Shown: positions 48,301-59,700 of the stretch, in pieces
Layout of the letters: each line of letters opens with the position of its first letter
Numbering within the stretch: the stretch's first letter is position 1
Origin: Klebsormidium nitens
Lineage: Eukaryota > Plantae > Klebsormidiophyceae
Direction of reading: 5' to 3'
DNA: 64,000 nt
NCBI GenBank assembly: GCA_000708835.1
Contig: DF237020.1
Span: 62,001-126,000, forward strand
Made by a program: the position numbers and the translations under genes
Notes under the pieces: model-generated
Told to the model about the DNA's origin: nothing
Databases searched by the model: none
The model's input: only the letters and a program-made list of their open reading frames with translations

Positions 48301-51300
48301 AAATCCTTCTGAAAACTTCCCACGAGAAAACAAGCAAGTCTTTTAGCGGTCCTTCCCGTGCTTGAGCGACTGTACCAGCGCGGTTTCGAGTCTCGATACG
48401 AAACGATGCTGACGGCGCACAGACAATTCAGCTCTTTGCGTAAACGTGCCATCCAGTTCCAAAAGCTCCGACAGTGTTTCCTGATCTTGGACCGTCCGAT
48501 CGACGACAAGGAAGGCATCGAACGGCTCAAGAACAGGAATCATCGTGGGAGAACTGGATTCCAATGGCATATCTGACGCAAACAGCTGTACTTTGCTGGG
48601 CACTTGCCCCCATCTGAGCTGTCACCGAAGGGTTTCTGAGGACCTTTCAGTCACGGAGAGACTCAATAGGGAGAGAAAAAATAAGAAGAGAGTATTGAAC
48701 ACTCGCAATGTTCGAGGTGGCGCTATGACTTCGATGCAACGCAAGAGGAGCTCTCACTTCGGGCTTTGCCACCCACTTGAGCGTCGGCTGCACGGTCACG
48801 GGTTTGCACGTTTTAACCGTTAATCCAATCGAGCGCTAATCTTCTCTTTCTGCTTGCCACAATAAATCCCAGATCCCGAAACCACCTTCCTCGCGAACCA
48901 ACCAATCAAAGGACGTCCCTCCTGTCCCCGCAAAAGAAAACAGAATCCTTCCCTCTCCCTTCTACAGTCCCCAGTGCCAAACAAACGAATTCTCACCTTT
49001 CCGTCCTGGAGACTCAAATAGGGGGAAGAAAGAGAGATTTTTGAACACCCGAAATTGCTCATTCGATGCAATGAGAGACGAGCTCTTACTTCGGGCTCCT
49101 CCACCCATTTGAGCACGGACTGCACTGTCATGGGGTCGGTGGGCACTCGGGTTCCGGTGCGGACCACGCCGGGCCAGTCTTGCTTCTGCACGCGTTGCAG
49201 CGTGGACTGTACTGTAATGGGCACGTTCCGTAACCGGCTGGCGGGGTAGATGTCCACAAACCCGCTGTCGTTGATGATATTCGCGCCGAATCTACGAGAA
49301 AGGTGGTTGAGAAGTGGGTTCGTGGTTCTTGACACCTGGTCGAGCAAGCATCGTAGAAATGCCCTTTCCTTGCTGAGAACGGGAGTCTACATGAGTTGTA
49401 TGATCTGCGTAATCTCTCGGGCGCATCAGCCGAGAAAATTGACGAAATCAGCCTGATGGATCGAAGAGGGGACCGAGCGATGATGTTAGGGGACCGGATT
49501 CAACACGATCGCATAAGATGCATGATGGTCAGGTCGTGCTCATTGTTGCGTCCTCGAGTAGAAACCCCAATGCGCCGGGCTACTCCAATCTCAAACAACC
49601 ACTTTGAGAACATAGGCGAGCCCTCACTGCATGCCGAGGCGCGTGCTCCTGTTATTGAGCGCCTCCACCTGCGCCCGCTTTTCCTCCGGAAGATAGATAC
49701 CCCCACGCTCGAAATCCATGCGCAGCATCGCCGCGACGCGGCTGGCTTCCTCGCCCTCGATGCACCCCCCCTCCATGGCGGATACCAGGGCGCCAAACAG
49801 CGTCGTGTTGGTGTTGAGCGACTGGACGTAGCGGGAGAGCTCCAAATAGGCACGGTCAGCCTCCTCCACCCATTCCCTGCAGAGAGTAAATCAATGACTT
49901 AGGATGTGGCAGTCGGAATCTGGAGGTTTCGTGATTCGGTGTGCAGGTTTCATGATTCGGTGTGCAGGGGGCTGAAGGGGGGATGACAACCTTGCCTCTA
50001 CAACCTGAGAAGAGCAGCCCCTGCTGACTCTCTTACTCGGCACTAGAGTTCCTTAATCCAGAGTACTGCACAACAGTGTAAAGTTGAGTACCACCATTCT
50101 TGTATAATAAGGGGCAGAAGACCGGGTTTACATCTGTTTTGCTCACCACAGGACTCTTAACGCATCCTGCCCAGTGTTCTTTGAGATCTGATGACTGACC
50201 ACAGGTATCCCAAACTTCGATAACAGAGTTGAAATGCTACGTAGGGAATTTAACGGTCACCTTAAACCCCCAATACAATACCCGCCTCCGGGCTGACTCC
50301 GAGTCCACACCCAAGTTTCTTTCTTCCAGATACAAATTTCCCCCACTGTGACGCGAGCAACAGAGAAAGCGACAATATTGCCGCACGACTTTGTTCCCCT
50401 GTTCCAACGACCTCGCTGCGCCCAACTTCTCCAAAAAGGTCCACAACGTTCCGCGCAGTCCCTGGCAGACAAGGGCATTTGCAGAAAAGGCACAATGTGG
50501 GCCCACATGCCAATCCTGCAGAGTATTCCACGCCTACCCTGATGCGAGACATAAAATGTGTCACTTTGTGAGCGCTTGAATTACACAATCCAGCCAACCA
50601 AGTGCCCATGTGCATCAACATCTTCACAGGCGTAAGCCCAACCTTACAGAACCTAGACACTCCGTGAGCTCAACTGTTCTTACTTGGAAAACTGCGGACA
50701 ACAAACGAGACTGCAGCCCCACATTGCCAGAAAAGGCTGAAAGAGACAAAGGCAAGAAGATAACTGCGAAGGAAGAAAGGAGAAGAGATACGGAGACCGA
50801 AAAGTGGATAGGAAAAGGGGGAAGAACAGAACACCAACCTGTCCGGGTGGGTGTTCCTGCAGAGCTCCGCCGCGTCCAAGACGGTACACACCGTATTTGA
50901 AATGTCGTCCAGCCCCCTTACAATGGCGACGGACGGCGCCGCATGCCGAATGTCGTGGATGATCCCCTCGGAAGTTTCAATGGCCTCCCGAACCAAAACC
51001 CTAAACCCCTGGGGGTCCATCAGCCCATTGTAGCCGTACAACCCAACCCTCTCCTCCCGAATCGCAGGGGCTGCCACCCCTCCCAAATGTGGTAAAGAAG
51101 TAATCCCCCGTCGCTGGCCAGTTACGCCAAAGTCCATTGAGAGCTTATGAGAAACTTTGTGTCCGTTTCTTTGGTGCCAAGCCTGATGCTGCATTCCTGG
51201 CACCTGAACTGACACATGACTAGATGTGCTGCCGAGCAAAGGGAGACTGCTCAACCAACCCCTGCCCTGACCACCACCTTTCCCCACATCTTTCGCATGT

Positions 51301-51521
51301 ACCACGCCCGGAAACCCTCCCCGTCTTCCGCTTTCTCTGTTTCCCCAAACTTCAGAAGACCCCTCGGAACTGGCCCCAGCTAGCTCGCTGGCGGCGCCCT
51401 CAGCAGCGAGAAGTCCTTTGCCGCGGGCAACAGGGGAAGAAGCACGGGTCCAGAAGGAAGACTCGACAGCAGCCGCGGCGGCCAGAGCGACCCGCCTCAT
51501 GCGCTCCGCCACCAGCGCCAT
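42392..51521 (-). CDS. OCT1: Mitochondrial intermediate peptidase (octapeptidyl aminopeptidase, M3A metallopeptidase)
   Basis: Exons encode [33 protein letters not shown]...[97 protein letters not shown] (HEXXH zinc motif), [41 protein letters not shown]. There is a long presequence-like N-terminus. Confidence 0.95.
43935..44112. repeat. Degenerate ~22-25 bp C/A-rich minisatellite directly after a MIP splice donor
   Basis: About 8 units resembling aaaacccccttcttaaccctgc (e.g. gcagaaaacccccttctcttacccc, gcgaaaagttcccttcttaaccct, acaaaaacctcctcgctaacccc). Confidence 0.7.
46575..46925 (-). repeat. Three-copy tandem duplication (145-146 bp period) of a MIP exon 3' end plus 5' splice site
   Basis: Donor hexamers on the plus strand: acttac 46877 (true), actcac 46731, acttac 46586. 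Each is preceded on the minus strand by a copy of ggcttgctcaaggccaaagcccacaatctagatgcacgg. Confidence 0.9.
47540..47567. repeat. (CACTTT)n microsatellite
   Basis: cactttcactttcactttcacactttca, in a MIP intron. Confidence 0.8.
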
Positions 51522-53045
51522 GGTGCTGCATGTACCACGAGGCTCCTTGCCACTTGGTCCTTGCTAGGTGGCGAAAAGGTTGGCTTGCGTCAAAATATAT
51601 CCAACGGAATTTCATTCCGCCGGACTCGGGGGTTCCGGACCCGGTTCCCTTGCGACCGGTACTCGAGCTAGCTCTTTCATGTGTTTGCTGAATCCATCCC
51701 GGTGCAGAGGTATAATAAACGGCATTGCCCGGCTGTTCCGGTCAATGCATGGGGGCAGGGCCGATCCCGCGGAATCGCGGAATCTTGTGACGGTCGGGCG
51801 GCTAGCGGTCTCGCGGCGGCGCGGCATGCCGCGGCCGGGCGCCAACGAGCACGCGGCCATCGCGGCCAGCGCGGCACGCGGCCGGCAGGCCTGGAGCTAG
51901 CGCATCGCCGTCAAGCTGCTCCCATTTGTTCCAACATAGGTACTAATTGCACAGCTTTAGAAGCATTTCATCTTCGTGCCAGAGAGAAGCTTCTTATAGT
52001 CAACTAACAAACCCTTATTTGCCATTGTCAAGGTGACGGACAAGGCGCTCTCCCTACTAATATGCCCCCTGGGTCACGCCTTTGCCCAGCAGACCGTCAA
52101 GGACCGCGGTAGAAAGCAGGTTTCGAAGTTGACGGGATATTGTTTGCATGTGTTGAGCGGCCGAGAAGTAAGCAAAGCGCGGGAATCGTCTCGAGCAGAA
52201 GGTGTCGCCACAAAGGATGCCAATATATACTTGCTCTTGGCGGTTACGAAGTTCACTTATGTTAAACCCCTTCGAGCGTTGTAAAGAAAAAGCCTGCAGC
52301 TTGTCTTGATGACGCATATGCTGCAGCATAAGCGAAGCAGCAGTCCACGTGATCATTAAGCTGGATGGAGATCACGCAGACGGCCGTACGCAACACACGC
52401 AAAGCGTCTTAACGTCAGCTCTGTCGACTTTGGAGTCATTTCCGTCTCTGAACTAAGTTTAAATGATTTGTCACTCTAGAGCTCGACTTTCTTTCTGAAG
52501 CCCTTGAGTAGCGCGCCTACGTAGTCGTTTCTGTGCCCACCTCACGAATGCCGTCGAAGTGACTGCCAAAGGCAGCGGAACATGATGGCAAGTTGCGGTA
52601 CACTGACGTATACTGTATACTGTGGCACAGCCATCATTGCGAAAATGGAGGCCTGATACCGTAATCATGAACCTCGAACTGCAAGCTCATGGCAAGCATC
52701 GAAGCTAGTGAGTTCAGCTTCGCTTCGAAAAGCTCCGGTTAAGCCCTGCAGGTGCTTATATACGTTGCACTGAGTACGATTCAAAGTTACGGAGCATTTT
52801 TTCAGGGTAAAGGAGCAAGCATTGAGGTGGTCATTCTGGACAGCTGCCCGGTCTTTGGTAAGCCTTTGCGTCTAAAGGTGCTGATCAAGGTACAGCTTCC
52901 GGTTACTCTACCCAAAACGTGCTGGCCTCATACTCCATTCGCGAATATGCCTTGAAACCGACCTCGCTGTTACAGAGTAGACCGTCCGTTCTTCTCACAC
53001 GGAAGCCTATTCGCACACGGTCGCACGTCGTTCTGCGACCCGTAC

Positions 53046-53131
53046 GATCATGCCACGTGACACATCGAACGGCAGGTGACGTTACCAGGTCACTTCGCCC
53101 ACAAGCTCCCCGTTTTCCTTGACCATATAAA
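53046..53131 (+). promoter_or_regulatory. Putative upstream promoter of candidate ncRNA A (G-box CACGTG, GGTGACGTTACC, CCCACAAG USE-like motif, TATA-like box)
   Basis: The motifs are conserved at identical spacing in the second arm (54371-54286, minus strand). Confidence 0.4.
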
Positions 53132-53154
53132 GGTGGCATGGTGCGGCTTGACTC

Positions 53155-53348
53155 AGCAGATGGTGAGAAGCCGCGCCGAGCAGCCTGCTCGTGCGCCGTG
53201 AGCCCCGGCTCTGCCGAGGTGTCTGCTCACTGGGGGTGATCCCCCGACGTCGAGGCCGCAGGCCTCCGTCTGGCAGGGGGGGCTCCCGCGGGAGCTCCCT
53301 CCGGCCGGGGCAACGCCCCAGAGGCTTAGGAAACATCCTCTGCCGTCT
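53155..53348 (+). ncRNA. Candidate structured ncRNA gene, copy A (unassigned family)
   Basis: The 5' agatggtgag can pair with the 3' ctctgccgtct (G-U pairs possible only in this orientation), and aagcc with ggctt. At least 6 internal hairpins. CATATAAA lies ~30 bp upstream. Confidence 0.5.
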
Positions 53349-54068
53349 ACAACCCAATCCACACACTCTCAAGATGGGCATGTCTTCAGGTGCTTCTCAG
53401 CCAACTTGCCTTGTTGAACAAACCCATTGTAAGAACAGTCTGGCGTTTAGAGGCCGTGTGCTACGAAAGCTGCATTTGACATCGGCAACTAGTTCGTTGC
53501 CACCCGGGGAAGATAAAGGTCATCGGGGCTTCAAAAATAGTGGTAGACCTTGTCATTTTGCACACTTCAAAGGTCGGGAAACTAAATAATCTCATCGGTT
53601 TTGTGACAAAAGAATGGGTCATGCAGCGAGATAGCTCCGTCTAATACACTCCAATTGCATCAGCCCATCCTTCGAATTCCTATCAATGTCCGCGGTCAAA
53701 CATGTTCTCTACTAGTTTACTCGCCTTCTTTTGAGCGCCTCAAGTCAGCATGTTTTTGCTCGTACAGGCACTTCACGCGTGCGCAACCGTTCGATTCCAA
53801 AAATAGTGCATCCTTTGTTCGAGCTGAAAGCTTGAGCAAACCGACTTATAGTCTGAACCGCCAAACAATCATCTGAACAAACCCGGTCGCTTGTTCCAAT
53901 CCGGACTTTAATCTCACTCTTCCATGCTCAAGGTGCATTTCGCGATTCCAATAGTGTATTGTCGGCTATCATAGTATTCCCAGCCTAGAAAATAGTGTTA
54001 GTTTGTTCAACGAGGAGTCGGCCCTTCATGCGACTTGTGGGGATATGGTTGGACTTTGGAATGGGTTA

Positions 54069-54262
54069 AGACGGCAGAGGATGTTTCCCAAGCCTCTGGG
54101 GCGTTGCCCCGGCCAGAGGGAGCTCCCGCGGGAGCCCCCCCTGCCAGACGGAGGCCCGCGGCCTCGACGTCGGGGGATCACCCCCAGTGAGCAGACACCC
54201 CGGCAGAGCCCGGGCTTACGGCGCACGAGCAGGCTGCTCGGCGCGACTTCTCACCATCTGCC
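54069..54262 (-). ncRNA. Candidate structured ncRNA gene, copy B (paralog of copy A, convergent)
   Basis: About 96% identical to copy A, with the same upstream spacing (CATACAAA). The downstream CAttccaaAGTccAA (54063-54049) fits the plant Pol II snRNA 3'-box consensus CA(N)3-10AGTNNAA. Confidence 0.5.
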
Positions 54263-56783
54263 GAGACAGGCAGCACCCGGCCGCATTTGTATGCTCACAG
54301 AAAACGGAGACCTTGTGGGTGAAATGACATGGTAACGTCACCTGTCGTTCGATGCGTCACGTGTCAAGATCTGACGGCTTCGATTAATCGAGCGCTTCTC
54401 GACGTCTGACGCTGTGAAGCTCAGAATGGTGGGGGGATATTCGACGAAAACGCACCCTTTGCGTAGAGCTGAAGCGAGCCGGCAAATGGAACGAACTAGC
54501 TTTCAAGCAGCTGTCTTTGGTATCCAAAGATCACCACTCGGCGTGAGTCAGTCCGAAGCTGAAGCGCAATGAATACAATACAGCGACCCGCAGCGCCAAT
54601 TTGGAATCATTGATTTCGCAAGTACGAAAATTTTCGGACTCCTCCGTTGGCATCCACCGCTTTTGAAGTTTCCACTACTTCAAGGCAAGAAAACACTGCA
54701 AAGCATTTGAGACCACGAAACTGCTGTGCTCTTGTAATCATTGGTATTCTCCCATGATGCATACCAAGGACAGCGCAACACCAACGTTTTGGGATGGCGC
54801 CCTCCCTTGATGTCTAGATTATTGGCGGCCGAAAAGCAAGTGTGTCCTTTTCGGATCGAGTTTGTAGTTGCTGCGTTCTGTGACTAAGTTAAAATTCAAA
54901 GGCCCACTTCTCGGTCGAGACCAGAATACAATCTTTCCAGGAGACTTGTACGATTCATGGACATCAATTCCGAGAGAGCAGAAGCCTGAGCAGGCGCGTA
55001 CCAGAGCGCTGATGTGGTGCGGATTCGAGGAGCTTCAAACGGGCGAACCGGATAAAAGCAGCTGGAAGTGAACTTTCCAGTGGAACTCTCTCGTAAAAAC
55101 CAGTCAGACGGCTTACATCGAAGTCGGCTGCGAACTTATTCTCAAGTGACAGTATGAGTCGAAGCGAAGAGTACAGTCAAGTTTCCACCGTTACAAATGC
55201 CTCAGGGGCTTTCCCAAACTCAAGGAGCATTCGATAGATCAGTGGGTATCCTTTGGCTCTTACTTCTGTCATTCTCTCTAAAAGAACAGAACTCATAATC
55301 GAAAGAGGCAAACAGCATCGAGACACCAAATCGGCCGCCGCTTGTGGCGCAGCTCAATCTCCTTACGCGAGAATGATTGTGATCGATCCGTCTGCAAGCG
55401 CGCACGCAAGGCCCTTGAAGCCCTGCAAAATTGATCTTGGCAGGAGCTCGACTGAAGCCTGGACCCAGCTTGGATCGTAACCAGTTGTCCTTTGCAGTTT
55501 AGATTGCTTACGCGGACTTGTAGTCAATACTTAACTCAAGAACGCAGCTTCGACGATTTGACGAACAAATTGATAAAGTGAGCTGGTCGCCTTCGGTCAG
55601 GCCACTGGCCGGATGCAAGGCTTCGAAGAGAAGGGACTCGTCAATCTTCCTTCGACTCAATGGTCAAGAATGCAAATACACCAATCTGCGGACCATCTGA
55701 TTACACAGGACTTTCTGTGTCTACCAGCATTCGCGCACGACGTTTGGAACAAGAGATGCTAAAGCGTCGAAGCCCTGGCGGTGCGTAAGTCAAAGGGAAG
55801 GGATGAAGTTCCATACCCCCAGCTTCAGATTGACGCATCCAAAAGAATCGGCTACGTTTTGGTTGCTCGTCCGATGGGCTCTTTGTGCATTTGTCGTCAT
55901 ATCTTTTGGCTTCAGGTTTGTGTACCTTCAGTCCAATGTTGAGACGGCCGTGCTGAGAACCAGTCAGCCTTCCGGGCCATTGCTCAATGTCCTGCACTGG
56001 TACGTCGTTATCGTAAGAGATACGGTGCATCCTTCTGCCGCTTCTCATTGTCTACGGAAATTCTGTGATGCCTGAAAATCGAAATGACTCCTTCTGGAAT
56101 TTAAGCAGAATGCCTTTCGAGGCGTGCGAACGTGCATGGATCAGCTGCAAGGATGCGAGCCTGGTGATTTGGTAGCATTGGCACCTCATATGGATACATT
56201 TAGGCAATCCGCATGCATTTCGGCAATCAGCGTAACAGCTCTGAGGTACGGTTTGCCACGCATTCGTCACAGGCTGGCAACTTCTGACGGTACCTTACCC
56301 CACTTAATGCTTTTACGGCTATACACGAGGCCACTACGATATAGCCAGATTGCTGGGCATGGCTATTTTGCTTAGAGACACGTGTTTTGAGCTTCTTGTG
56401 TACCGTGTATAACAACTTCCGTCAAATCGAGGATCTCTGCCTAGCACAATTGTGGGCTCAGTCAGTACCGTCACAAAAGCTCAATCTACAATATATACTC
56501 ACGCAAACGTCTACCCTAGATTTATCGGAGATCAATTTCTACCACACGGCTTTAAAGTTTTGTTCAGCCGTCACAGCTATGCGCACAAAGAATCTTGTTG
56601 CACTTCCCTCGTATGTACATCTAAGCACTCCCTGAATCGGATCGACTGTGAGAGCCACAATTATGTGACACACTCGCACTGCCTGTCCCTATACCAACAG
56701 CAATGCTCCCTACATTTAGCAGATCCAATCTCATCATAAATACCAACCAATTCCAGACCTACACTATATTTTGTGGTGTTCTC

Positions 56784-59700
56784 TCACACAATTGTTGCCA
56801 AAAGCAAAACAGAGCCGCCTATGTACAGCATGGACTGGTCAACCACGCCTCGCAGAAGGGACAGCCGGTCAGCGGTGAAATCGGACCCGCCTTGGAGCAG
56901 CTGAAAGATCCTGGCGTGCAGGGGGAGGAGGAGAAGGGTCCCCGCGGCCGCTACCGCTTGGGTCTTCGCAAGAATGCCAATCTGCAGGTAAGACTCGTAA
57001 AGTGAGGGCGGAAGGCGCTGCAACGGAGCGGAGTGCCGTGCACACGAGCAGAAGCTGGCGTGTTCGCTTGTATTCAACGACTGTGGAACAAGGGACGATG
57101 GTAGCGCACATCTTCTCACAAACCTACCAAGACATCTGTCACTACGGCTTTGTAAGAAAAAAAACGTGCAGTGCACGATCCGGGAGAAAAACTGGAGTGG
57201 GAGTTTGACCGCCAGACTGCAACCCGACGCTTTTACCTCTTGAGCAGCACTTCTGCCTCCCCTGCTTAACAAAACAGCGTCCATAGGAACTACTGGACTA
57301 ATTAGGAAACGGAGAAGACATGCCCGCTTCGGCAGCGCTTCCACACATTCATCATAGCAGACCAACCAACGAGAACAAGCGTCTCACCAGGACAGCGTTG
57401 GCGGCGGCAAGCGCAATGCCCGCAGCGGCCGTCCCGACCCGACGTCCGAAGCAGACGGCGACCGTCCGGACGCCCGCGGCTTTGTCCCCGACCATGTCCC
57501 CGACGTCCATCAAAATTTCCCGGCACAGAATGCACAGGAAGAAGAACAGCGATACCTGCCCAGTCCGTGCCACCCCGGCTGCCCCGCCTGCAAATCGCAA
57601 GAGGCGGACTTCAGTGGGTTGTCTGAGTTACGCAACTTTTTTGTTGATTTGCCTTGTCTTGCCTATCGGGTTTGAAGTTTGGCGACTGAAGCCGTCCCGG
57701 CGAACTTTGTTCGCATCGAGAGATGGCTCTTGAGCCTGGCCACAAAATCACGCCGGGATCCTCTTGATTGTGCCCCTACAGGCAAAATCTACCTCTGCCA
57801 TGATAGCGCCGGGAAAGAAAGTCTACACAAAACGATGTCCGGCTTTCATGTCTGCACGTTACTCATAGCGAATTACTGAGGAGGACTAGCGTGCAGAAAT
57901 ACAGTAGTACCAAGAAATTTGCGGACTGGTAATATGTGTGACGACAGGCCGAAATCCACAGATTATCACGCGCCGTTGCAATCCTACTCGCAGTTGGGGT
58001 GGTGAGAGGAGTCCCCATGCACATCTCCCTACTCTCCCCTTGAATCTCGCAAGCAGGTTAATCTATACCCCTTACCTGCCACTAGTCCCCCGGCCAGGAT
58101 CGACGAAGCAATGATCGCCGCAACAATGACGTTCTTAACCACGAGCAGCCTTTTCAGGAAGGGGGTATAAATATAGGTGGCCACGGCAGCCCCCCCCACG
58201 AGCAGCCGCAGCGTCATGGGCTCCAGGCAGCAGATGCCGATCACGGCTGCTCCGTACAGGCATCCCGCTGCGAGCTCAGCCTGGGCATAGAAAGAGTGGA
58301 AGGTGAGCGGGGCGGACAGGAAAAGTTAAGAAACGGAGAATGAGTCGAGGTGGAAGGGGTTCTAGAACACCGGATGGTGGTTTGACAGAGGGGAAAGGAA
58401 AAAGGTGTCGATGGCTGCATGAAAATAAAGGCAGAGGGAAAATACAGGAAGATAAGCAGGAGGGGGATATGGAAAGGGAGAAACCCTCTGGCTCTACGAA
58501 GCTTGTGATCGCCTTTCAGACCTAGTGTAAGAAGCTTAGCTTGTTGAAACATTCCGTAGGCTGCCGAATGCCGATGCCATGCACTCCTGTTCTTTGACCG
58601 CCAGCCAGTTCTGGAGACATAAGATGCATCAGTAACAAACAAAACCACACTCATCTTACAGCTTTTCCAAGCTGGTTCTTACCTTCGGAGCCAGAACGTA
58701 AAAAGCATCGCAGTCATAATCCTTTAACTGCTTCCTACTGTCCATTTGTGCTCAAGAATCTACCCCCCGAAATGCTTGGATTCTTTTTGGTCGTCTTGGT
58801 CCATGTCAAATTATCAAGTCCATTTGTCTGGAAAAGTAAGCATAGCTTTGCGGCCTTACGTCATCTGGGGCGACCTCCCCAGTCATCAGCGGCGTGTCCC
58901 GCTCGTTCGCTTGATCGGTCCCGGAGCGGAAGTCGAACACGTCGTTTGCCAGCATGGACGCAACTGCTATGAGAGCGGAACAGGCGGCAGTGATCCACAC
59001 CTTCGGCATCAAAATCACTCTGGCGTCATGACCGGATGCCATCCAGGCCCCAAGGACAACGAGAAGAAAGGAAGGGAAGTAGTTCTGGAGACGGGCCATT
59101 TTGAGGAGGCCCTCCGCGGCCCTGCAGAACAGGAAGATCAATCGTGTTGAGATCGAAAAGATGAACAGAAATGTACAGCCTTTGACAGAAACAACTCTCG
59201 CTACAGGTCGATGCAGTGAAATAAGGAGAGAAGGGGGAGAGTGATTTGGAAACGGGCCTTATTGAGGAAACCCTCGGGAGCCCTGCGGAAAGGAGAGATG
59301 TACAGTGGGAGATGTACGGTGGTTTAGGAAGAAGACCGGGAAGGATGACAGATAACGCATAATTTAAGATCTTAACTGAATATGCACCTCGGGGGCAGAA
59401 AGTCAAAATCAGAAAAGAGGAGGGTATGTATCAGAAAATGAGCCATATCCAGATAAGGAATCATTTAAATCTCAACTGCCGTATGCACCTCGGGGGCAGG
59501 AGTCAAAACCAGAAAAGAGGAGGGTATGTATCATGAGATGAGTGAAATCCAGGAGGCCTTTGCGACGTGCAAGCGCGAAAGATACTTAGTTGGGAAACGG
59601 GGACAAATAAGTAGCGACCGTCAACAAGAGGCGGCAGAAAGTCAAGAGGAAAAGAAGAGTGCCAATCAAGGTAAAAACGGATAGGTGTGATGAAAGCCTT

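Larger units (their letters stand above)
53046..54371. repeat. 303-bp gap-free inverted repeat (arms 53046-53348 and 54069-54371, spacer ~720 bp)
   Basis: Manual alignment of arm A with the reverse complement of arm B: outer 86 bp have 13 mismatches, the next 20 bp have 7, and the inner 197 bp have 8. There are no indels. Confidence 0.95.

Noticed and set aside
51568-51900. GC-rich 110-aa plus-strand ORF upstream of MIP
   Set aside because: It is low-complexity with no homology cues, and is more likely a GC-rich promoter/5' UTR region.
53155-53348. Assignment to RNase MRP/P, U3, SRP, telomerase RNA or an HDV-like ribozyme
   Set aside because: Only isolated short resemblances (GGGGCTCA on the opposite strand, GGGCAAC, AACCCAAT). 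The required core motifs are absent.
53082-54335. 99-132-aa ORFs over the inverted arms (e.g. MFPKPLGRCPG...)
   Set aside because: These are GC-rich chance ORFs with different starts and stops in the two copies, no domain and no splice context.
53046-54371. Interpretation as a MITE/MULE with long TIRs
   Set aside because: No TSD was seen, identity is lowest at the outer ends and highest inside, and no transposase is nearby. It is not fully excluded without a copy-number search.
54860-56420. Exon-like minus-strand fragments (DIEQWPGRLTGSQHGRLNIGLK; GFKGLACALADGSITIIL)
   Set aside because: I could not link them into a consistent gene or recognise a domain, so the evidence is too weak to call.
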